This document shows, in pieces, positions 13,906 through 28,713 of a DNA stretch of 64,000 nt. The stretch's first letter is position 1. Every line of letters starts with the position of its first letter. Location: the NCBI RefSeq assembly GCF_964204645.1, contig NC_134034.1, positions 14,001,910-14,065,909 of the forward strand, in the 5' to 3' direction. Under the pieces are notes generated by a model. It did not search any database, was not told the origin of the DNA, and worked only from the letters and a program-made list of their open reading frames with translations. Origin of the DNA: Tubulanus polymorphus (lineage: Eukaryota; Animalia; Nemertea). Both the position numbers and the translations under genes were made by a program.

Positions 13906-14669
13906 CAGCTTATTTCAGAAAATGTGTCCCATCTTTTTGAAAAGGATAAGTAATTATTAAGGATATCTATGAATAGTGATATACTGTGCCATGAAGGCAA
14001 ATGAAGAAGTGTGTCCATAAAAGTGATAACAAAACATATCACTTATTCTAATAAGTTCTATACTCTTCTTCCAAAAATGAAGAGTAGGTCTCTGTCTAAG
14101 AATCTGCAGAAAAAAGAGGAAACAGCGATGAATGTGAACTGCATCTCGACTCTCGTCAAAAATTTTGTAAGTCGTCCTATACAGTTCTCAGTATTTACAG
14201 CCGTTTTTAAAATAGCACAGAAGAAAATACATTTTTCAGCTGGAAACATATCAGTAAACGGCCAGATATCAACAGTAATTATTACGTATGATTGTTGTTT
14301 CATTGAATTATTAATGAAACAATGTTTTGACCGGAGCCAAGGAGCAGTTTGTGATCATTCAAAAAATATCTCTCATTCCTGACCACATTAAATAATGGCC
14401 CTAAAAATTGAAATGTCCCAATTCAGAAATCTGGGGGCAATTATCTCATAACGATTGAGAGAAGTGAGGGTGAAATTACGTGCGCACTCACCGGGGATCA
14501 AACCCGGGTCTCATATAAATAACAACCAGTAAAATAGAACGAGTCCAATTGGCCGATGGTTATACAGCTTACTGTAACATGACATGTTGCGGCCACATGA
14601 CGTGTTTCATAATGATTAATCCTTTCTTAGAATAATAAAAAGATGGGACACATTTTCTGAAATATCCTG
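13906..14669. mobile_element. Non-autonomous TIR element (Tc1/mariner-like ends)
   Basis: cagcttatttcagaaaatgtgtcccatcttttt versus aaaaagatgggacacattttctgaaatatcctg; left end preceded by TA. Confidence 0.65.
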
Positions 14670-14826
14670 AACTTCAAGACTAAAACTACGACTAAACCAC
14701 CTGTACCTGTACCTAAAACCCCACCCTATATCCCTCCCTCCAAAGTCCTACCACCACCCCTACATCCCTCCCGCCCTCCCTCACCCCATACCTCCCCCAA
14801 ACCTACCCACCCTCCCCAAACCCCGT

Positions 14827-15026
14827 GGTTAGGTGAGTTGAATGTTCTGATGTTTTAGTTAGACGGATGGGAATCTAATGAAGATGAGAGAACATTAAAT
14901 CACTGTTCAATCACAGGATGAAGTAATGCAGTGATCTGTACTCTGTATCTGTACACAATGTTACATGTATCTGTAACTGTACAATCAGTATGAAATAAGT
15001 ACAGCAGTTTAATCTATAGAAATTCT
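14827..15026. repeat. Right arm of ~200-bp inverted repeat
   Basis: Reverse complement of 10873-11073. Confidence 0.9.
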
Positions 15027-16833
15027 AACTCTCAAGATACACATGATCTGATTATCACGAAGAAACATGATCGATAACAGTTGTATTATTGACATCAGGA
15101 ACCAGTTTCATATTGATTAAAAATAACATTTGAGTTGACCACAATTTAGAAAACCTGTAAACCCGCTTACTGAAATAACAATCCCAATCATGAACTGATT
15201 ATAGCCAAATATTCACCAAAAGAAATTTGAAATGATTGAATAACTGTGACAGGTTTCTGAGATTTCATTTCAAAACATGGTTTATAACAAACAATATAAA
15301 ATTGGTCCCTTAAAATCAATTCAACAACTGATAAATAAAGATTAATGTAACTTATCTTGAATTTCCACATAGGCTATAGTGATTCCTGATGTCATGCTGA
15401 ATCCAAGAGTGATTCCCGATGTCCGGCGCTAAATCAAAAAAGTGTGATTGTGAAACACTGATTCCTTGTTGTCCTGTGCTGAATCTTAGAGTGATTCTTG
15501 TTTTCCTGTGCTGAATCAAAATTCCCGTTGAACATGTTGAAGTGATACCTATAATAGACAAATCTAAGATTGTTTTCTTTCCTTAGAAATAACTGCAGAA
15601 ATATCAAATCTAAAATTCAAACTTACAAATTAGATTGTTCGCTCCAATCTGCAGTTCATTTATTCACGGGGTTTTTCTATCCACAGTTTAGGTTTTGCAT
15701 CTAGAGTTCAACATGAAATATAAACAAAAAGGTAATGAATCATCATCATCATCAATTTCACAGACGAATGGAGGCAAGTAGAGGCATCCATCCTCCCGCG
15801 GCATGGACTCAAACCTGATGGCATCCAGATTGCCACGATTGGAAACCCTGCCACACTAGACCGAGTGCGCAGCAGCTACACGCGCAGCTTAGATGATGTC
15901 ATTAATAGCCAATCAGAAATTCAGTTTTATTTTAGCCCGGGTTTTCCCATTTATAGTTCTTCCGTGAAATTTACCTCAGCGATTAACGAGCAATCTGATT
16001 GGTGCTGCAAGATTTCATGCGGCAAAGCTGCACATGTACCACCCGGTCTAGTGTGGCAGGGGTTCGTACCGTGGCTGAGTGTAGCGAGCGATGTCATCAG
16101 GTTGGAATCCCTCCCATGGGAGGATGTTGGTGTCCGACACGTTTGGACTGCTGTGGTGATTAATATCGGTTTAGCGACAGATGAAATAAACTTACACTGT
16201 TTTCACTGTTTGATTAAATCAGTCGATATGATCATTTTAGAACAAATTCATCACAAAACAGCGAGGTGAAGCCCATCGTGGTCTAGATATATCAGGATGG
16301 AATGACGTTATGCTTGACTGAGCGCCTCCAGTCCAAGTGCACCGTTTGTAGGATGTACCTCTGAAATAATTTGATTTACCACAATATCTGAGATGGAATA
16401 TTTTTCGCCATTTAAACCAATGTTACAAACACTTACCAAATATTGAAATACTGATTTCAGGGGTCGGGAAGGAGGGTGGCAATATTTAGGTGAGGATTTT
16501 GCTAAATTTCGTGTTATGGTAAAGCACGCCATTTTGATATTGCGTCATAGCGTACCTCAGATTGGGATTCCCGCCGCTAGACTGGTCACCGCCACCTGCA
16601 TTCGCAAGTAGAAATGGCAACCAGTCGATTGCAGGTCTCGGCTTCTTTTCGATTATATTGGATTTTTATATTCTACGCAATATTCAAAGAATTTATTCTA
16701 ATGAAAACCACGCTCTTGGATCAAAGGCCCGTGGATTACTACTTTAGTTCACAGAAATTCCGCTATCGTTATTCATAGGGGCAGCACTGAACGGTTGTTA
16801 TCTGATGCAGTCTTGCTATTTTACTGTGGCATG

Positions 16834-18726
16834 TGAGGAATACAGAATTTTCTTAAGTCAAATTTCATTCATCACTCAACACTAGTTTGTTAGAAATTAA
16901 TAACTCTACCAACATTAGAGCTTTATATAAGGAGATAAATGGTATGATATATTCTCCCTAATTCCGATCATTGGGACCAACAAAATTCATCCGTTTTACG
17001 GCAAATCCGGATTAAAAGTCATTTTCGTGTATATTAATGATTAAATTGACTGTAAATATTATCCGGATTAGACCAAAATTCGGATTAAGCCGATGCGGAT
17101 TAAACGATTTACTTTGACTGTATCAGCCAATAGAATCAGTCTTGGAATACAGAAAGACGTTCACGATTGAGTTATGTACAAATACCGATATGAGAAAAGC
17201 TTAGATTCACCTCCTAAGCCATCACCCATGGAACTGGCCCCAGGGCACTAAAAAGGCAATTACCAAGAAACAAACACTGACGCGAGTGTTGGCCTGTTTG
17301 ATAAACGCAGAAACCCTAGTGTTGGCCTTGTACCACACTGACCACACGTATTCACAAACATTGTCAGCCACCAGAAATCAGCGGTCTAGTGGTTAGCGTG
17401 CTCGGTTGGCATGCTGGAGTTCGCGGGTTCGAGTCCTGCTAGGGTTAGGGTTACGGTCGATCTAGGGTTAGGGTTAGTGCCTCAGGTTGGGGCTATTTTT
17501 TGGCTCAGCGAGGTATTTGTAGTACGATGATCATCTGTTTGACTCGGGTTGTTTTTTGGTCAATAGATTCTATACTAACTTATATATTTTGAACACATAT
17601 ATTTGCTTTATCTAGTGGAGGCCACTTTATTTAAAAGATACTTCGCTCAATACAGTAGTTTATTTCTAAATGAATAAAAGAGTTGGTGACATTATTCAAT
17701 ATATATATAAAAACCACAATATCTACTTTACGGTTGGTATGCAACAATTTCCACTCTTTTCCATAGGTGTCGCTTTGGATAAATGTCTATATCTCTTGAC
17801 CCAATGGACCGATTACGATTAAACTTGATACACAGGAACTTTTATCAAGTAGCACTCGGGGTGGGTGAAATCGCTCTAGGTTGAAGTTACACTGTCCTAA
17901 ATTGGCTCCAAACAACGTGAAATTGGTAGTTAGGCCTACTACGAGTACGGGTAGAACACAGTTTGAAATCGTATCGTTGTAGGTTATCGTAAAGAAGATG
18001 TATCCGTTAATACGACGATTAACAGTACAAATATCGTTATAGACACGGTTTTAGTCGAGACATTGATGGCTGGGCTTAACTATTCCTGGATATGACCATG
18101 TTTCACAATTAAATTCATCTTCTAAATGAGGACGACCATCGATCACGTGTCTAATCGCATCATAATGGGTACGGGGTGTCCCGCGTTCGAACCAAGTAAT
18201 TACTGATACTGGTTCAGAGTGGTCTTGATACTGAATAGAGGATGTACAGGGGTGTCACGGGTTCGAACCCAGTAGTGGTCCAAGTTGCCCTGATGCTGGA
18301 TAGAGGATGTCCCGACCGTACAGTGCTGCCGCTATGCTCATCGTTAGCGGGATTTCCATACACTAACTGAAGTCAACTCCGCAATCGTCGTGCTATCCAG
18401 TTATACCCAGTTACCCTTGCTTGCCAGAGTTGACTAACGTTAGTATATCCCGCTACCGATGGGCATAGAGGCAGCACCGTACGGTAAAATGTTGATATCT
18501 TAAAAATAATTACTGATACTGATTCAGAGAGGTCCCCATGCTGAATATAGGATGTACAGGGGTGTCCCGGGCTCGAACACAGTGGTGGTCCAAGTTGTCC
18601 TGATGCTGATTAGAGGATGTACAGGGGTGTCCCGAGTTCGAACCCAGGACTATTCTAGGTTGTTTCTCGAAAAATGATTGAATAACGCACACACGACTTA
18701 CAGCAAAATTTATCTATATTTATTCC
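16834..18726. repeat. Segmental duplication, copy 2 (paralog 5367-7617)
   Basis: Direct repeat lacking the 7395-7553 MITE; its right end joins the main subtelomeric unit. Confidence 0.9.
17375..17478 (+). ncRNA. tRNA-derived sequence fused to TTAGGG repeats (second copy)
   Basis: Same as 5932-6034 with a few substitutions. Confidence 0.7.
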
Positions 18727-21424
18727 AGAGAGGATTTTGATAAAACCAATGTCTCTAGTAAACTTTGCATCATTCAGAATCTACTCAACCAAAATAAAGA
18801 AACTTGAAACCAAATTTTAGAATCTACAGGGCTTCATTTCTGAATGATTGTTGTTTGTTTTGACTGGTGCGTTGTCATGGTGATGGCAAGGTGATATTCT
18901 GGATCCGATGTCTAGAAAAATAGTAATTCCTCAAAACAGAGCCAAATTTCATCCTGAAATGAATAACTACACTTATTTTCATCGATATGATAATGAAATG
19001 AGTTTATTTGAGCAAAATACTTCATAGATATTCATCACAGAAATATAGAACTTGTCGATGTCGGCCGCGCCCCGCTGATAAACTAGGTGAAATACCTCTC
19101 CGATTTAAGTTATTAAGTTTCTTTGTTTGAAATACCGGTATTTTATTGGGAATATTTTTCACATAATTTTTCTGTGAACTATTGCACGGAAATTGCAACA
19201 AATTCCTAATTTCGTGGTATTATTTCCTGCAACTATCAATTCGGAGCGGCATGTAAAGTCTACCGCGGGCACTACCGTGAGCTCTTTAGTTGGTGCCCGG
19301 AGCGCTAAGTCCTAGTCGACCTCGATCTGCGCGGACTACAGAACTAGCCCTCCCAAGTGGAGTATGTCCCATTTAAGAATGATGGCGGACGAATCAATGC
19401 TCACTAGAAATATTTAGAAGCTTCTCTTTCAACGCAGAAGCGACAGAATGTCTTCAAACCATTTCAACATTGAAATACAGTAAGTAAATTTACTTATGAA
19501 TCGAATACTTGTGATGTATGAAGGTGATTCGAGATGGAGAGCGACATAAAACACTCCGGTTTAACCCCACGAGGCTATTCACTGATGCGTGCTGTAAAAC
19601 CATCATTCAGTAAAAAGTATCAATAACATAAAGAGTGGATCTAGGCCTAGTATAAACCATTACTATCAAGACAGATAAAGAATTTGACCCCGCGGTGGAT
19701 ACCCTGGATTTTAGAGTGCTTTCTCTGACAGGTTTCTATGTTTATTTCAGGGTGATGCTCTACTAAATAACTGCAGTCATCAGGAAGTTCCAGCCGTAAT
19801 GACTGTTTGGCGATGAAGCGAACAGAATCCCTCAATTCAGGTAGATATATCTTAGGCCCTAATCACACTCTAGAAACCAGTTTCAGTGGTGTTTTAAAAC
19901 CGAGTTAACCAAAGTCCAAGTAGGTTTTCAGCGCCGTTCTCAAATCATTGATGCCAACATATTTCAAAGATTTCGGCTCAATTTACCGTGTTTGGAACTT
20001 TGCAAAAATATTTGCTACGAAAAAATTTACTTTGGAAATATCAAACATGTTTGAATGGTGCGATTCACCTGCTGCTGAGCAACGAACACGCTGAAAATTT
20101 CAATGTGAAATCTGTAATTTCAGACGGTGTGGGCATAAATTCATATAGTGTTCCCTGCTCTAAGTCTGAACCAATTTACCGTTAAGTCTTGTATGAAAAA
20201 AAAATTGTAACAAATTCTTGGCACTAAAAGCATTTTGAATCTAGTTGAATCTGTTTTCATTTTTTATCTGATGAAGAAATAATGATTTTCAGTGTTTTGT
20301 ATTATTTCAGATGTAGGCGTAACGCTAGAGTTTTGTTTATTCTACTCAAAAGAAGATGATGTTTAGATCAGGTTTGTTTAGTTACTCTTATTTATATCGA
20401 ATATTTGATATGATTTTTGTGAATTGCTCTAATGATGTTATAATGAATGTTGTTTGATTTATATTCAGTCTAATGGAGGAGAATCTCAATAACTGAAACC
20501 TGCGACACGTCTACACCTAAAATTGAGTGCGAGTCAAATGAATGAATTATTGATTCTAAATGACTGTGATGTTTCATGCTGATTGGAGGATTTGTAGGGA
20601 TGTCCAAAATTTGATCCCAGTGATTCTGATCAGATGATAAACCAGGGTGTCTGATATATGCTGATGAATTGTTACTACATGAACGCCACCTATTGGATAT
20701 CTGCTGAACCACCTAATTATTGGAATCACAACTGCCATCTATTGGAAATTTAGAAATTTATATCTTGAGTGTCAAAATAAACGTGGAATTTATTTTAGAT
20801 AAACACAAAATTGTTCTCAAATTGAGTGTGAACTGTTTGTTTTGATCTGAATGCAGTGGAACACAATATCTGAGTGACTGTTAAAACCCTTCCAGGATTG
20901 GCACTGTCTTCCAGAGATGATTTTGATAAAACCAGTGTCTCTAGTTAACTTTGCATCATCCAGAATCTACTCAACCAAAATAAAGAAACTTGAAACCAAA
21001 TTTTAGAATCTACTGGGCTTCATTTGTGAATGATTGTTGTTTGTTTTGACTCTTGCGTTGTCATGGTGATGGCAAAGTGAAATTCTGGATCCGATTTCTG
21101 GAAAAATAGTCATTCCTCAAAACAGAGCCAAATTTTCGTTGATTTGATTACAAAATGAGTTTATTTGAGCAAAATATTTCGTACAAATTTTTTACAAAAA
21201 TATAGAACTTGACCTCGAATGATATGAAAGGGTGTTGAGTCTGGGTGACCTCTAGATACTTCAGACCGCACGAGGATGATGATGTTGATGATGAAAACTG
21301 TTATTTGTGTTCTCCTCTTCTTCAGAATCAATCTAGGAATAGATTAAGTGAAGATATCTGTATTTTTACTCTAAAAACAGTCAAGTATCCTGTTTTCATT
21401 AATATCAATACAGCTTGTGCCCCC
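18726..21424. repeat. Copy of the main subtelomeric segmental repeat unit
   Basis: Colinear with 460-3598. Confidence 0.9.
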
Positions 21425-21991
21425 GGGCCGGGCCTTCTAAATCAGGTTGCACTACCGGTATTTCCGGATTGTTGCTAATCTCGCGACAACGAAACTAGAC
21501 GTATCGGCCCCACTCCGCGCGGTTGCGCCACCGCGCGGGATTTACGCGAAGCAGCAGAACACAAACATGGCCACTCTCTCAATTTTCAATGATAGAAATC
21601 ATGTGTGCATTTCAATTATTTCGGCTGTTAGGGTTTTAAGGCACAATATAAGTTGATGATGTGATATGGCGATGTTAATTAATGATAATTCCGCAGTGAA
21701 GCTAGTCACGAACGGTGCCGATTGAGTGTACAGCTGCCAATAACACTGAAATGTGCGTAGTTGCGTAACTATTTGCAGTGAATTGCAGACGAAACATGAA
21801 GCCTTAACGGCCATTTAAAAAAAATTATACCAATCGCAATTGTAAAATAAAAATGAGATAGAACCTAAGTTAAAATTCTGGCCATTTCTAAAATGTTATT
21901 ACTAATTTTTAGTCAGTGCCGAACGTTTAGTTTTCCAACAACAATAAGGGGTGGTAGGTAGTCATGCAATTCAAGTCATCATTTATTACAC

Positions 21992-22222
21992 GTTACTTCC
22001 GTGTTGTTGAAAATCTCGCGAGTCCTGGACCAAACCCCAATGAACAATGTGATCTGTGTGCTGGCCACAAATGCACACAGATGACACTACACTACCCATT
22101 ACACACTCCAGTACCCACAGCTTTCATATATCCATCCAAATATTAAGAGTGTCTTTCTTCCTGGATTTACACAGCATATATTAGCGCTAGTCTCGCGAGA
22201 TTATCAACAACACAGAAATAAA
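21992..22222. mobile_element. MITE-like element with ~30-bp TIRs
   Basis: tacttccgtgttgttgaaaatctcgcgag versus ctcgcgagattatcaacaacacagaaata. Confidence 0.5.
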
Positions 22223-23916
22223 ATTCAGTAGTCAGTTTGCCGGCTTTGGCTCTGTGCCAGATCCATCTTGATACCTTCTAAAAAATAGTTTATTCCTCTC
22301 GTAAAGTCCAAATCAGTCTCGGAGCCCTTCTCGTCGTTTGACTTCAACTGAATGTCATTGCATCACTTGGTCTTCGCTCATAATCAGTTTTCACAATAGG
22401 TGCCATTCCACGACGGTATAACGGCGATCAAACTCGTCTAAAGATCATGAAAATGCATGGGTGTCATCAGCTGTTTCACAAAATCTCCCGGAGCACCACC
22501 TGTTAGACGTTTACTCCAACCGGGAAGGGTCGAGTCCCGCTTTACACCCAGTCAATCGGACGCTGTTTGTGTCTGGACGTATTTATCCCGTTCAGATTGA
22601 AACCAGTTTGTTGCACCGATTTAAGTAGGAAATTTGACCCGATTATCCAATACGTATCAAACGCATATCAAAATATCACTGATTCATTTAGCTTTTTAGA
22701 CCATAAATGCATTACTTAAAAAACAGTGTTGGCTTTTTATTGCTGTAGTTGATGGAATTTTCTATTGGTCTTTTTTGAAAACGAAATTTTATCTCATTCT
22801 TAAGTCGATATTGTCGGCCGCGCCCCGCTGATAAACTAGGTGAAATACCTATTGTGAGTCACCGATTAAAGTTTTTAAGTTTCTTTGTTTGAAATACCGG
22901 TAATTTATTGGGAATATTTTTCACATAATTCTTCAGTGAACTATTGCACGGAAATCGCAACAAATTCCTAATTTCGTGGTTTTATTTCCCGCAACTATCA
23001 ATTCGGAGCGGCATTTAAAGTCTACCGCGGGCACTATCGTGAACTCTTTAGTTGGTGCCCGGAGCGCTAATACCCCTGAGTCCTAGTCGACCTCGATCTG
23101 CGCGGACTGCAGAACTAGCCCTCCCAAGTGGAGTATGTCCCATTTAAGAATGATGGCGGACGAATCAATTGCAATTTTCACTTCAAATATTTAGAAGCTT
23201 CTCTTTCAACGAAGAAGCGACAGAATGTCTTCAAACCATTTCAACATTGAAATACAGTAGGTAAATTTACTTATGAATCGAATACTTTTTTTGTACGGTT
23301 GAAGGTGATTCGAGAAGGAAAGGTGTCTGACCACAAGTGCTTGTCACAATTTGACGGAGGGAGGATGGATTGGATGACACCAGTTGCCAGTATCCCTATC
23401 TATATAAGGATACTGGTGTGGTCCATCCTTCATCAAATTGTGATAAGCTCCTGTGTGTTGGACATAAGACACTCGGGTTTAACCGCCATGTCAAGCTGAT
23501 GCGTGTAAAACTGTCGGCCGACATTCAAGATACAATTAGTAAAATGTATGAATAATATCAAGTGTGGATCGAGGCCTAATATAAACTATTATTATCAATG
23601 CAGATGGAGCATTTGAGCAGGGACTTGACACAAAAGGATTTTGACCCCAGTATCCTCAGTCTTTTTATATATAGTACCTAGGATACTGGGGTTGAAATCG
23701 TTTTGTGTCAAGTCCCTGTGATTACTATCAATACAGATGTAGCATTTGACCCCGCGGATACCCTGGATTTTAGAGTGATTTCTCTGACAGGTTTCTAGGT
23801 TTATTTCAGGGTGATGCTCAACTGAATAACTGCAGTCATGCAGGAAGTTCAAGCCAGAATAACTGTTTGGCGATGAAGTGAACAAGTGATCCCTCAATTC
23901 AGGTAGATATATCTTA

Positions 23917-24341
23917 AGGTAGGGGCACACGAGCGTATTTTTTCGCCCGATCGCAGCGAATTTATAAATCACCCGAAAAATTCGCTCGTGTGGCCACTCA
24001 TGGCGATGACGATTTCGTCGGCCGACTCGATCGCCCGGCGAATCGCCCGTATCAAACATGTTTGATATTTTCGGCCGATTATTTACGCCGGCGATCGGAT
24101 CGCCCGCAAATTCGCTCGTCTGCCCGCACTCAGCGAATTTCGCCGAGCGATCCATTTTTATCAGCCAATAGGATGCATTGTTGATATCATGTGATTCGTT
24201 AACTCTCTCCCTCTTAGTGCCAGTCGCTGACCGAATTTCGGTTTGATCGCTTTGTGTGCCCGCTCGTATCGGGCGTATAATTTCGTCGGCGAATTTAATC
24301 GTCGCGATCGGGCGAAAAAATACGCTTGTGTTTCCCTAGCT
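23917..24341. mobile_element. PIF/Harbinger-like MITE
   Basis: TIRs aggtaggggcacacgagcgtattttttcgcccgatcgc / gcgatcgggcgaaaaaatacgcttgtgtttccctagct; TTA TSD; empty site atatcttaggccct in other units. Confidence 0.85.
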
Positions 24342-26750
24342 TTAGGCCCTTGTCACAGACCTCTAGAAACTAAATAGTTCAGTGGTGTTTTAAAACCGAG
24401 TTAACCAAAATCCAAGCAGGTTTTCAGCGCCATTCTCAAATCATTGATGCCATCATGATTTGAAAGCTTGTCAAAGATTGCGGCTCAATTTACTGTGTTT
24501 GGGACTAAACAAAAATTTTGCTGCGATGAAATTTACTGTGGAAATATCAAACATGTTTGAATGGTGCGATTCACCTGCTGCTGAGCAACGAACACGCTGC
24601 AAATTTCATTGTGAAATCTGTAATTTCAGACGGTGTGGGAATAAATTCATATAGTGTTCCCTGCTCTAAGTCTGAACCAATTTACCGTTAAGTCTTGTAT
24701 GAAAAAAAGATTGTAACACTGAAAATTCTTGGCACTGAAAACATTTTGAATCTTGTTGAATCTGTTTTCATTTTTTATCTGATGAAGAAATAATGATTTT
24801 CAGTGTTTTGTATTATTTCAGATGTAGGCGTAACGCTAGAGTTTTGTTTATTCTACTCAAAAGAAGGTGATGTTTAGATCAGGTTTGTTTAGTTACTCTT
24901 ATTTATATCGAATATTTGATATGATTTTTGTGAATTGCTCTAATGATGTTATAATGAATGTTGTTTGATTTATTTTCAGTCTAATGGAGGAGGATCTCAA
25001 TAACTGAAACCTGCGACACGTCTACACCTGAAATTGACTGCGCGTCAAGTGAATGAATTATTGATTCTAAATGACTGTGATGTTTCATGCTGATTGGAGG
25101 ATTTGTAAGAAATGTCCCGAGTTCAAACCCAGTGATTCTGATCAGATGATAAACCAGGGTGTCTGATATATACTGATGAAAAGTTACTACGACATGATCG
25201 CCACCTATTGGATTTCTGCTGAACCACCAAATTATTGGATTAATAGGAATATGTATTCGTATTGGATTAAACTGTATATCACAGACGCCATCTATTGGAA
25301 ATTTAGAAATTTATATCTTGATTGTCAAATAAATGTGAAATTCATTTTAGATAAACACAAAATAGTTCTCAAGTTGAGTCTGAGCTTTTTTTTATCTGAA
25401 TGCAGTGGAACACAATATCTGAGTTACTGTTACAGGATTGGCACTGTCTTCCAGAGATGATTTTGATAAAACCAGTGTCTAGTTAACTTTGCATCATCCA
25501 GAATCTACTCAATCAAAATAAAGAAACTTGAAACGAAATTTAAGAATCTACAGGGCTTCATTTATGAATGATTGTTGTTTGTTTTGACTGGTGCGTTGTC
25601 ATGGTGATGGCAAGGTGATGGATTCGATGTCTCGAAAAATAGTAATTCCTCAAAACAGAGCCGAATTTCAAACTGAAATGAATAACTACACTTATTTTCA
25701 TCGATATAATAACAGAATGAATATATTTGAGCAAAAAATTTCACAGATATTTGTTACAGAAATACAAAACTTGTCGATACTCTCAGCCGTGCCCCGCTGA
25801 AAAAACTATTAGGTTAAATACGTGTTGTGAGTCACCAATTCAACTTATAACATTATTTGATTGTTTCATTAATTGGGAATAATTTTAGAATGTTTTATTC
25901 GAACAATAGCTCGGAAGTTCTTTAGAATTGCTACGTATTGCTAATTCCGTGGAATTCATTACCCCCTAGTAATCCGGAGCGGTATCTAAAGCCATCCGCG
26001 GCTAGAACCGTGAACTCTTTAGTAAGTGCTCGGAGCGCAAAGCCTTAGTCCTAGTCGACCTCGATCTGCGCGGTCTACAGAACTAGCCCTCCCAAGTGGA
26101 GTATGTCCCATTTAAGAATGATGGCGGACGAATCAATCGCAATTTACACTTGAAATATTTAGAAGCTTCTCTTTCAACGCAGAAGCGACAGAATGTCTTC
26201 AAACCATTTCAACATTGAAATACAGTAAATAAATTTACTTATGAATCGAATACTTGTGATGTATGAAGGTGATTCGAGATGGAGAGCGACATAAAACACT
26301 CCGGTTTAACCCCACGAGCAGCAGCAGCAATCTCTATTCACTGATGCGTGCTGTAAAACCATCATTCAGTAAAAAGTATCAATAACATAAAGAGTGGATC
26401 GAGGCCTAAACTATTACTATCAATACAGATGGAGCATTTGACCCCGCGGATACCCTGGATTTTAGAGTGCTTTCTCTGACAGGTTTCTATGTTTATTTCA
26501 GGGTGATGCTCTACTAATTAACTGCAGTCATCAGGAAGTTCAAGGAATATCTGTTTGGCGATGAAGTGAGTAATGACAAGGACATATGATAAGGCTTATC
26601 GGGTGAAATACAGGATATCGACAAATTCAAGTTCTGAAATTACTCGCTTGATGGCGCTAGTCAGAACCGGAAATTGGAACCTAAATCCACCACACGCTAG
26701 ATTTTTACCATGAAAAATGCTATTTCTCATGTGTTTATCTTGTGTTTCAG

Positions 26751-27468
26751 TTACATACACGTTACGGTCACCTACCACAGCACAAGAGGAATATGGTAAT
26801 AGCCGGTGGTGTAACTGCGTCTGTTATCGTAGCGCCAGTTGTCGCTAGTTTAGCCGTTGGTATCGGTGTACCGATATTATTGGCGTATGTTTACGGCGTG
26901 GTACCGATATCGCTGTGTCGCAGCGGTGGTTGCGGCGTATCGACGACTGACTCCGGGCGGAGTTCGATTTGAGTTCGAAGAGAACGAAGGAAGTGGCCCA
27001 TCGGGGCCTTACGCCCGTAAGTACTTAAACCATTCTTTTCATATAACGCAGGGTCCGGAATCAGCTGTCTTTCTAGGATTCATAAGGGATAATTTGATGA
27101 TGTCATAGGGGGATTAACTGATAAAGCCATGTTGTCTGGTGTGGCTGCTATATAAATCCCCCTGTGACGTCATTTAAGTTAGTTCAGTACTAGTATGAGT
27201 GAATGTTTATATTTGTTGTAGCTGATTCTCACAGTATAGAAACGACCAGTCACCGGGTAGCGAACCCCAGTATCGGACCTAGTATCGGTGAGATGTCTAT
27301 GGCTATGACTGGCAGTCTTAGCGCTAGCGGAAGCCACATCGACCGAGTCGGGATTATCCGCGATGAGAGCGATCGCGAATCGGCCAGTAACAGAGCGATT
27401 GCTGGCTCCAGTTTGAACGATAGTTTATCGGGAAGCGCCGTTGCCGGACCGAGCGGATTCCAAAACAG
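26751..27468 (+). pseudogene. RNF19: RNF19 (Dorfin-type RBR E3 ligase) fragment, exons 26751-27016 and 27222-27468
   Basis: [54 protein letters not shown] and NPSIG..MTGSLSASGSHIDR match RNF19A/B as I recall them; AG/GT boundaries; frameshift before GVRFEF. Confidence 0.9.
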
Positions 27469-28713
27469 GTAAGAGAATTTCCCGACTACAATCTCACGAA
27501 TCTCGAGGATCCCCTGAGAAAATTGGAGGAGGGCGCAGCGAAGGTACGGGTGCAGATTTAGGAAAATCTAAAAGAGAAGGAAGAGCAGTTCTCTGAGAAA
27601 GCAGGATTAAGGCTGACTTATGTCGACAAGCAACGCGATGCCTACCGACACAACTGGGTTTATCGCCGATTAACGGCCTACGAGAGGCCGCCAGTTTCTG
27701 CTCTATCTGTTCGACGTAAGCCGGCTAGCGACGGCAACCCGACCCCTACCGACTCGTCACAAGCCGTATCCGGCTAGTTGCCCGTGTTCTACTCCGGCCT
27801 ACGGTAGGCCAACAGTTGCTTTCGATCGCAACTGACACAAACTGCTGTGATATGCACGGCGTTGCACCACTTTTAGTCGACGAATAAAAAACCCACAGTA
27901 GATTTGTAGAAACAGTTTCGAAGTTAAAAACTGTGGTGTTTTAAAACCGAGTTAACCAAAATGCAAGCAGGTTTTCAGCGCCGTTCTCAAGTCATTGATG
28001 CCATCATGATTTGAACATGCTTGTCAAAGATTGCGGCTCAATTTACTGTGGAAATATCAAACATGTTTGAATGGTGCGATTCACCTGCTGCTGAGCAACG
28101 AACAGGCTGCAAATTTCATTGTGAAATCTGCAATTTCAGACGGTGTGGGAATAAATTCATATAGGCTAGTGTTCCCTGCTCTAAGTCTGAACCAATTTAC
28201 CGTTAAGCCTTGTATGGAAAAAATGATTTTCAGTGTTTTGTATTATTTCAGATGTAGGCGTAACGCTAGAGTTTTGTTTATTCTACTCAAAAGAAGGTGA
28301 TGTTTAGATCAGGTTTGTTTAATTACTCTTATTTATATCGAATATTTGATATGATTTTTGTGAATTGCTCTAATGATGTTATAATGAATGTTGTTTGATT
28401 TATTTTCAGTCTAATGGAGGAGGATCTCAATAACTGAAACCTGCGACACGTCTACACCTGAAATTGACCTAGTTCTAAACACTGCGCATAAACCAGATCA
28501 AGTGGTTACTGTCATTTAACCGTAATGACAAGGACATATGGTAAGGCTTATCGGGTGAAATACAGGATATCGACAAATTCAAGTTCTGGAATTACCGCTT
28601 GATGGCGCTAGTCAGAAACGGAAATTGGAACCTAAATCCACCACGCGCGAGATTTTTATAGTAAATTTAACCATGAAAAATGCTATTTCTCATGTGTTTA
28701 TCTTGTGTTTCAG

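Noticed and set aside
24460-24654. Recurrent short ORFs (MKACQRL.., MKFFAQI..) as a gene family
   Set aside because: They recur only because the DNA unit is repeated; stops and frameshifts vary freely among copies
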